In this document: positions 6,236-11,447 of the stretch, piece by piece
Layout of the letters: every line of letters starts with the position of its first letter
How positions within the stretch are numbered: position 1 is the stretch's first letter
NCBI GenBank assembly: GCA_030643665.1
Contig: DAOWKS010000004.1
Span: 1 to 14,805 of the forward strand
DNA length: 14,805 nt
Direction of reading: 5' to 3'
Origin: a bacterium
GTDB taxonomy: Bacteria; Patescibacteriota; Minisyncoccia; Minisyncoccales; JAGMAB01
The notes under the pieces: generated by a model
What the model was told of the DNA's origin: nothing
Seen by the model: only the letters and a program-made list of their open reading frames with translations
Databases searched by the model: none
Position numbers and translations under genes: made by a program

Positions 6236-6322
6236 AATTTAAGAAAAAAATAAGAACCTTTCGCTTCGCTCAAGAACCTTGATTACTTCGTAATTAGAAA
6301 CATGAAATAATAAAAAGAAAAC

Positions 6323-6715
6323 TCATAAAGAAACAGCGTTTTCAAAATGGGAAATTTCAGATTGATTGTCTGGATTTATTTTAATGGCAATTACATCAAT
6401 CTGCCATTTTATGTCTAAAGGAATCTTGTTTTTTACCAGCCAAACTTCAGATACTTTTATCAATTTTCTCTGCTTGGCAAAATTTACTTTTTCCTCCGGT
6501 AAAATAATAGATTTATATCCGGGTCTAATTCTAATCGTTTTTACCTCAAAAAAACAAAAACTGTCTCCTTTCTTGGCAATAATATCTATTTCTCCCTTTT
6601 GAGGGCTTGATGAAAAACGAAAACAATAATTCCTGTCTAAAATTTTATAGCCCTTGTTTTTCAAATAACTCTCGGCGATTTTCTCGCCCAAATTGCCTGT
6701 TTGCCTTGTGTTCAT
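6323..6715 (-). CDS. yraN: YraN family (UPF0102) endonuclease-like protein; start placed at the internal Met
   Basis: TGNLGEKIAESYLKNKGYKILDRNY, GEIDIIAKKGDSFCFFEVKT, QRKLIKVSEVWL, QIDVIAI and HFENA match the YraN pattern G..GE..A..yL...Gy.il.rN...GEIDlI....l.FVEVK.R. The track ORF extends to 6781, but that extension overlaps the upstream NUDIX gene (stop at 6726). Met23 at 6715 avoids the overlap. Confidence 0.8.
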   Translation of the reverse strand: MNTRQTGNLGEKIAESYLKNKGYKILDRNYCFRFSSSPQKGEIDIIAKKGDSFCFFEVKTIRIRPGYKSIILPEEKVNFAKQRKLIKVSEVWLVKNKIPLDIKWQIDVIAIKINPDNQSEISHFENAVSL

Positions 6716-6725
6716 ATAGCATTTA

Positions 6726-7229
6726 TTAGAAAAAACTCTGAATTTTTTCCAAGCTATTTTCAAGATTGGAAACGCTCTCAAAATTTTTAATCTCTTCCGG
6801 CTTAATCCATTTATACTCTGTATGCTCCCAATCTAATTTTATTTCTGGCTTATTCCTTAATTTTATTAAAACAGGATGAACAATCCAAGTCTTTTTTACC
6901 TCAGTATCTGTAAACTGATAAGATTCTCCGAGATGAATTGATAATATATTATTATCGCGCTCAATTCCTAACTCCTCCCTAATTTCTTCAAGGACTTTTT
7001 CTTGAATTGGTTTTATTTCATCTAAATAACCGGCAACTGTGTTCCATTTTTCCTGATATGTTCTAACCTTATCGCTTCTTTTCAAAAGAAGGATTTTATC
7101 TTGGTGTTTAATAAAAATAGTAATTACTGGCGCGGTGTCAGAATTTGAATAATTAATTCTTCCATCTGGAAATTTAGGCAGTTTTTCAGCGAATTGTTTT
7201 ATGGTTTCTAACATTTTCTGCTCATCCAT
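6726..7229 (-). CDS. NUDIX-fold hydrolase-like protein (167 aa) with a variant Nudix box
   Basis: GYLDEIKPIQEKVLEEIREELGI aligns to G-x5-E-x7-REUxEExGU. It has K at the first E position and E at the R position; the EE-x-G-I core is kept. Confidence 0.6.
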   Translation of the reverse strand: MDEQKMLETIKQFAEKLPKFPDGRINYSNSDTAPVITIFIKHQDKILLLKRSDKVRTYQEKWNTVAGYLDEIKPIQEKVLEEIREELGIERDNNILSIHLGESYQFTDTEVKKTWIVHPVLIKLRNKPEIKLDWEHTEYKWIKPEEIKNFESVSNLENSLEKIQSFF

Positions 7230-7300
7230 AATTATAATGATTATAAATTAATTGGCTTTTTTTCTTTAAAATCGTCTGCTTTAAGTCCGTTGAACGAGAG

Positions 7301-7873
7301 TTAATTTGGGGCGCGTAAAAATTCCTTTTTTCTCTCATTTAATTCTTTATTAAAAATTATTTTTGCTGTTTTTGTATAAAATTGATTGTTTTTTCTAAAA
7401 TTATAAAGTTCCTCGGGTGTTGTTTTATATGCTTTAATATCACTAAAAAATTGTTTCCTAAAAGCATCAGATAAAGTATCAGCGTCAATCAGTAATCGTT
7501 TATCCAATCGTCTTGGATTTTTGAACTTATGCGCTAAAACTATATCAATTATTTTTTTGATTTGATTTTCATTATATTCACATTTGATTAAAACTTCTTT
7601 AATAATCAAAGGAGCGTATTTTAAATGCAACTCTAACGCCTTTATCTTTCCTGCTTTATCATTGCTCATTTGTAAGTTTAAGGGGACTTTTGACCATCCA
7701 ACATCATGCAATATCGCTGCCGGAATTAAAATATTTTCATCTCCTTTTTCTTGTTTTAGCAATAATTCCATAGCTTTAATAACTCCTTTAGTATGAACTA
7801 CAAAATCTTTCCTTTTACCTTTTTTCAAATATGGAAGCGCTAATTTCCAAATTTTTTCAAAAATTTCTTTCAT
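7301..7873 (-). CDS. HD-domain phosphohydrolase-like protein (190 aa)
   Basis: An H residue in FVVHTKGV, followed by AAILHDVGW (the HD doublet) and a later DIVLAHKF. This is the typical HD superfamily layout. Confidence 0.7.
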   Translation of the reverse strand: MKEIFEKIWKLALPYLKKGKRKDFVVHTKGVIKAMELLLKQEKGDENILIPAAILHDVGWSKVPLNLQMSNDKAGKIKALELHLKYAPLIIKEVLIKCEYNENQIKKIIDIVLAHKFKNPRRLDKRLLIDADTLSDAFRKQFFSDIKAYKTTPEELYNFRKNNQFYTKTAKIIFNKELNERKKEFLRAPN

Positions 7874-7969
7874 AAATTTAATAAATTTATTTAAATATTC
7901 TGTAAGGCCTAAAATTTATTTCACATAACAAGTTTTAAACGCGCTTTATTAAAATTTGCCTTGTATTTG

Positions 7970-9040
7970 CTATAAATTTGAAACAAAATAATTTTTAACG
8001 GCAAATTCAAATTGCTCAATAAAAAGATTTTTGAAATAACTAATATTGTTTTGTTCGTAAAATAAAATAATCGCTTTTTTGTATTCTTCTTCTTTAACAC
8101 TGCGATAAGAAAGCGGACAAATATTATTAGTCATTAAAATAGCGTTAGCAGCCAATCTGCTTGTTCGTTTATTGCCATCGTCAAATGGTTGAATATAAGC
8201 AACCATTACCATTAAAATAACGGCTTTGGCAAAAATGTTTTTTTCTTGATTAACTATTGCGCAAGTTTTTTCTAACGCTTCTTTAATTTGAAAAACATTA
8301 TCTATTGGCCGATATGCGGTGCCGGTGATTCCAACCGGTGATTTTCTAAGCCCGCGGCCAATATCCAAATCTTTAGTCAAAAGAAAATGTATGTCTTCCA
8401 GTTTGGCAACTGTAATTTTTTTAAACGCCAAAAGACTTTTCCTGATATATTCCAAAACATTTTTATGATTCAAAATCATAATTGCTTCTTTTTTTTTGCG
8501 TCCCTTGGCTCGCTTATTATGTTTAATTAAAAATTCTGTCTCTAAAAGAGTATAAGTATTTCCTTCAATAGCAGAAGATTTCCAACTTAATTCTACGACT
8601 AAGCGCTCAAATTCGCGCTTAAAATTGGCTTCTGGTAATTCTTTGATATTTTTTTGATATTCTAAAGCAAGCTGGCTAAGATATTTTTTTTCATCAACAA
8701 TAAAAATATTTTTGAAAATACTAACAAGTTCAAAATTAAAACTTTTTTTAGCCCTTCTTTGATCCGGCGCAATTTTGAAATAATCATTTACATTAATCGG
8801 TTTTAAAAGATTATATTGATTAGATAATTGGTAAACTACGCTTCTGCCTTTGCCAATTCGTTTAACAAAATTAAATTTTAACAATTGATTCAAATCTCTA
8901 ATTATTGTAATTCTGGAAATTTTAGAAAGTTTTTGAGCCAAACTAAAAACCATTTCGGAAACGGAGATTTTCCCTTGCTCATCAATTAAATTCAGAATTA
9001 TTTCTTGTCTTTTATTTAATTGGCTAAACTTTAATTCCAT
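7970..9040 (-). CDS. Fic/Doc-family protein with an N-terminal winged-HTH and a non-canonical active-site motif (356 aa)
   Basis: N-terminus: LNKRQEIILNLIDEQGKISVSEMVFSLAQKLSKISRITIIRDLNQL.....GKGRSVVYQL (DeoR/MarR-like wHTH). SWKSSAIEGNTYT matches the (S/T)xxxE(G/N) inhibitory-helix motif. The core is YIQPFDDGNKRTSRLAANAIL, versus the canonical HPFx(D/E)GNGRxxR. Confidence 0.85.
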   Translation of the reverse strand: MELKFSQLNKRQEIILNLIDEQGKISVSEMVFSLAQKLSKISRITIIRDLNQLLKFNFVKRIGKGRSVVYQLSNQYNLLKPINVNDYFKIAPDQRRAKKSFNFELVSIFKNIFIVDEKKYLSQLALEYQKNIKELPEANFKREFERLVVELSWKSSAIEGNTYTLLETEFLIKHNKRAKGRKKKEAIMILNHKNVLEYIRKSLLAFKKITVAKLEDIHFLLTKDLDIGRGLRKSPVGITGTAYRPIDNVFQIKEALEKTCAIVNQEKNIFAKAVILMVMVAYIQPFDDGNKRTSRLAANAILMTNNICPLSYRSVKEEEYKKAIILFYEQNNISYFKNLFIEQFEFAVKNYFVSNL

Positions 9041-9116
9041 AATTTAAGAACTCCCGCTTTCAGCGGGAAACCTTGAATACTTCGTATTTAATAATCGTAT
9101 CATTTTTATACTCTAA

Positions 9117-9136
9117 TTGTATCATAAATGATACAA
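9117..9136. promoter_or_regulatory. Perfect 9+9 bp palindrome TTGTATCAT-AA-ATGATACAA, with an extra GTATCAT half-site at 9097-9103; operator-like
   Basis: Read directly. It lies between tRNA-Ala (3' end at 9159) and the wHTH-Fic start (9040), all minus-strand. Confidence 0.4.
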
Positions 9137-9158
9137 AACGCAACCAATTATACCTTTG

Positions 9159-9229
9159 TGGACTCAGCGAGAATTGAACTCGCATTTCCGCAATGCGAAT
9201 GCGGTGTAATACCATTATACTATGAGCCC
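9159..9229 (-). tRNA. tRNA-Ala (anticodon CGC), 71 nt, CCA not encoded
   Basis: Manual fold of the reverse complement: GGGCTCA TA GTAT AATGGTA TTAC A CCGCA TTCGCAT TGCGG AAAT GCGAG TTCAATT CTCGC TGAGTCC A. It has a G3:U70 Ala identity pair, T33 and A37. Downstream sequence is CAAAGG. Confidence 0.85.
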
Positions 9230-9240
9230 GGATAAAATTT

Positions 9241-9726
9241 CTAAACTAATATATTTTTAAGTTCAGACAAAGAATTAATTTTAATGCCTGAATAATTTTT
9301 AATTTTGTTCTCGCGGTCAATCAGTATGGCTTTTATGCCTAATTTTTCAGCCGGTAAAATATCTCTTTCTATTTCATCGCCAACCATTACTGCTTGTTCC
9401 GGCTTAACGTTAAACTTTTCCAAAACTATTAAAAACGCTCTCTGGTCCGGCTTTATAAATTTTGTTTCTTCTGGAGTGAAAATTTTAAAATGTTTTTCCA
9501 AATCAAGCCCTGAAAACAAAAAAGCAGAACCAGTGGTCAAAATCGCTTTTTGACAAGGCAATTTTATTGCTTCTTTTATATCATCAAAAAGCTCACAATC
9601 AACATTTTCCTTGAGAAAATCCTGTTTTTTGACTTCTTTTGTGAAAAACCCCAAAGTCCCAAAAAAATCAAATATTATCAGTTTCGGTTTCATATATTTA
9701 ATTTCATAAATTTCTATCTTTCCCAC
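9241..9726 (-). CDS. HAD-superfamily hydrolase, small-cap subfamily IA-like (161 aa; start may be Met12 at 9693)
   Basis: Motif I LIIFDFFGTL (D-x-aromatic-G-T-L variant, as in the dehalogenase-like IA subfamily). Motif II AILTTGS. Motif III FIKPDQRAF. Motif IV MVGDEIERDI. The ATG at 9726 overlaps the upstream gene by 13 nt; the ATG at 9693 does not. Confidence 0.7.
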   Translation of the reverse strand: MGKIEIYEIKYMKPKLIIFDFFGTLGFFTKEVKKQDFLKENVDCELFDDIKEAIKLPCQKAILTTGSAFLFSGLDLEKHFKIFTPEETKFIKPDQRAFLIVLEKFNVKPEQAVMVGDEIERDILPAEKLGIKAILIDRENKIKNYSGIKINSLSELKNILV

Positions 9727-10112
9727 TCCGCAATGTCAGGATGAAAATCAACCTGATGCTCTGGTATGCCGAGCGAGATACCATAATGCTTCGCTTCGTC
9801 ATATTGTTTTTTCTTTTTCCGGTCTATGTAAAAAATTTTATCGCGAAAAATAATGTAACAATGAGTATCATTTTTGAAATCGGCATACCATGAGCCACTG
9901 TGAGTATGGTCAAGTGATTTGCTAATTTCTTCGGCAATTTTTTTTGCTTCGTCTTCTGAAATTTCAACAGTATGTAAAGTCCATTGCGAAAGCCACGGGG
10001 TTTTGTGTTTCTCCACAACTTTTTCAACTCTCGTTGAAATAATTTTTACTTTCTTGAGAACATCTTTATTTTCAAGAGACTCCTCAATAATAACGCCTTG
10101 ATAATTTTTCAT
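9714..10112 (-). CDS. Hypothetical 132-aa protein, family not recognised; second gene of the XRE-led operon
   Basis: The ORF starts 5 nt after the XRE gene stop. The sequence is soluble and charged (GVIIEESLENKDVL..., WYADFKNDTHCYIIFRDKIFYIDRKKK, GIPEHQVDFHPDI). Internal and antisense ORFs (9824..10027, 9919..10101) look like shadows. Confidence 0.6.
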   Translation of the reverse strand: MKNYQGVIIEESLENKDVLKKVKIISTRVEKVVEKHKTPWLSQWTLHTVEISEDEAKKIAEEISKSLDHTHSGSWYADFKNDTHCYIIFRDKIFYIDRKKKKQYDEAKHYGISLGIPEHQVDFHPDIAEWER

Positions 10113-10117
10113 AGCTC

Positions 10118-10339
10118 TTACTTTAATAAATCGTCAATTTTAATATCCAGCGCCTTAGCGATTTTTTGCAGGGTTGCGAGGGTTGGGTTAGAATTATTGC
10201 CGACTTCAATATTCACAATTGTGTTCAAAGATAAATCGGCCAGTTTTGACAACCTGTCTTGAGAAATTCCTTTCTTTTGTCTCAATTTCTTTATATTTTT
10301 AGCAATATTTGATTTTGAAGTATTATTTTGACTTGACAT
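10118..10339 (-). CDS. XRE/Cro-C1-type helix-turn-helix transcriptional regulator (73 aa)
   Basis: IAKNIKKLRQKKGISQDRLSKLADLSLNTIVNIEVGNNSNPTLATLQKIAKALDIKIDDLL is a textbook HTH_XRE pattern. SD-like AAAGAGGA lies just upstream of the ATG. Confidence 0.85.
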   Translation of the reverse strand: MSSQNNTSKSNIAKNIKKLRQKKGISQDRLSKLADLSLNTIVNIEVGNNSNPTLATLQKIAKALDIKIDDLLK

Positions 10340-10358
10340 ATCCTCTTTAATAATATAC

Positions 10359-10402
10359 CATTATAATGTATAGGATAAATTGTAAATTATCTACCTTATC
10401 TA
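10359..10402. promoter_or_regulatory. Divergent promoter/operator region: 10-bp palindrome CATTATAATG (TATAAT on both strands) plus TAGGATAA / TTATCTA / TTATCTA repeats
   Basis: CATTATAATG at 10359-10368, TAGGATAA at 10371-10378, and TTATCTA at 10387-10393 and 10396-10402. These lie between the XRE gene (start 10339, -) and the zinc-ribbon gene (start 10466, +). Confidence 0.35.
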
Positions 10403-10465
10403 TTTTAATAATAATCCAAATTAAAAAGAAAATCAATCAGATTTTTAACCTTTTAATAAATTTTT

Positions 10466-11362
10466 ATGGCTAAATTAAAAAAAGTTTTTTGCGCAATCTG
10501 TAAAAAACCTATTTATCGAAGCACAGGACGCATTAACGAAAATCTAAAACTGGGACACAATTTTTATTGTTCAAGAAAATGCTTATCTCAATACAGAACC
10601 AAAAAACAAGTAATTACTTGTGAAAATTGTGGCAAGCGTTTTGAACGAACTCCTTGCAAAATCTCTCCTCATAATTATTGTTCTCAATCTTGTACTGCAC
10701 AGGTCAATAACAAAAAATATCCAAAGAGAAAAGCAGAGTTAAAGACCTGTATAAAATGCGGCAAACAGTTTAAAAAAGGAAATGGAAATTCAAAATACTG
10801 TTCTGTAAAGTGCAGAAGAGAAGCGGAAAAACATGCTCCTCAACAACTCATAAAAATTATAAAGCAAACCGCTCAAGAATTAAAAAGAGTTCCGGCAAAA
10901 CGAGAACTAGAAAAAATTGCTGAGATTTGTAGGGATATTTTTGGCTCATGGAACAATGCTGTTATTGCTGCCGGTCTTCAACCGAACCGTTCACACAGTC
11001 AACGAATGTATAAACGCATAAATACCATAGCATCAGATGGACATATCTGTGATTCTATTTCTGAAGCTATTATTGATAATTGGCTTACAAAAAACAATAT
11101 TTCTCACGAAAGAAATGTATCCTATCCTGAAACAAATCACAAAGCAGATTGGGGCATTAAGTTTAGAGAAAAATATATATTTGTTGAATATTTCGGCCTT
11201 GCCGGAGATAGCCCTCGTTATGATCGTGCTATAAGAAAAAAGAGGAAACTTTGTCAAAAGCACAATCTTACTTTGGTTGCAATTTATCCACAAGATATTT
11301 ATCCTAAAAAATATCTTGATGGTAAATTAAGAGATAAATTTAAGGAACTAATAACTCTTTAA
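10466..11362 (+). CDS. Triple zinc-ribbon protein with a homing-endonuclease-associated repeat and a C-terminal Vsr/DUF559-like (PD-(D/E)xK-type) nuclease-like domain (298 aa)
   Basis: Three C-x2-C...(F/Y)CS-x2-C units (FCS/TRASH-like): C9/C12/C35/C39, C52/C55/C72/C76 and C95/C98/C112/C116. AQELKRVPAKRELEKIAEICRDIFGSWNNAVIAAGL resembles the 'grvPt..ey......i.r.FGSWn.AlraAGl' repeat found in homing endonucleases. The C-terminus is DSISEAIIDNWLTKNNISHERNV....HKADWGI....IFVEYFGL.....YDRAIRKKRKLCQKHNLTLVAIYPQDI (E...D...E-x-x-G, restriction-endonuclease-like). Confidence 0.6.
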   Translation: MAKLKKVFCAICKKPIYRSTGRINENLKLGHNFYCSRKCLSQYRTKKQVITCENCGKRFERTPCKISPHNYCSQSCTAQVNNKKYPKRKAELKTCIKCGKQFKKGNGNSKYCSVKCRREAEKHAPQQLIKIIKQTAQELKRVPAKRELEKIAEICRDIFGSWNNAVIAAGLQPNRSHSQRMYKRINTIASDGHICDSISEAIIDNWLTKNNISHERNVSYPETNHKADWGIKFREKYIFVEYFGLAGDSPRYDRAIRKKRKLCQKHNLTLVAIYPQDIYPKKYLDGKLRDKFKELITL

Positions 11363-11367
11363 TTTTG

Positions 11368-11441
11368 TCGGAGCGACTGGATTCGCACCAGCGATCTCCT
11401 CGTCCCGAACGAGGTGCGTTAGGCTACTACGCTACGCTCCG
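11368..11441 (-). tRNA. tRNA-Pro (anticodon CGG), 74 nt, CCA not encoded, atypical D- and T-loops
   Basis: Manual fold of the reverse complement: CGGAGCG TA GCGT AGTAGCCTA ACGC A CCTCG TTCGGGA CGAGG AGATC GCTGG TGCGAAT CCAGT CGCTCCG A. Acceptor, D and anticodon stems are perfect; the T stem has one G:U pair. G37 is present. The T-loop reads TGCGAAT rather than TTCGAAT, and the D-loop lacks the GG pair. Confidence 0.75.
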
Positions 11442-11447
11442 AATAAT

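Noticed and set aside
6716-6781. N-terminal 22-codon extension of the YraN ORF
   Set aside because: The extension overlaps the 3' end of the NUDIX gene by 56 nt and has no counterpart in YraN family proteins. The internal Met at 6715 gives a normal-length protein.
11284-11292. Perfect DnaA-box consensus TTATCCACA
   Set aside because: It is a single copy inside a coding region, with no cluster of boxes, no AT-rich unwinding element and no dnaA/dnaN nearby. One chance occurrence is plausible in a window of this size and composition.
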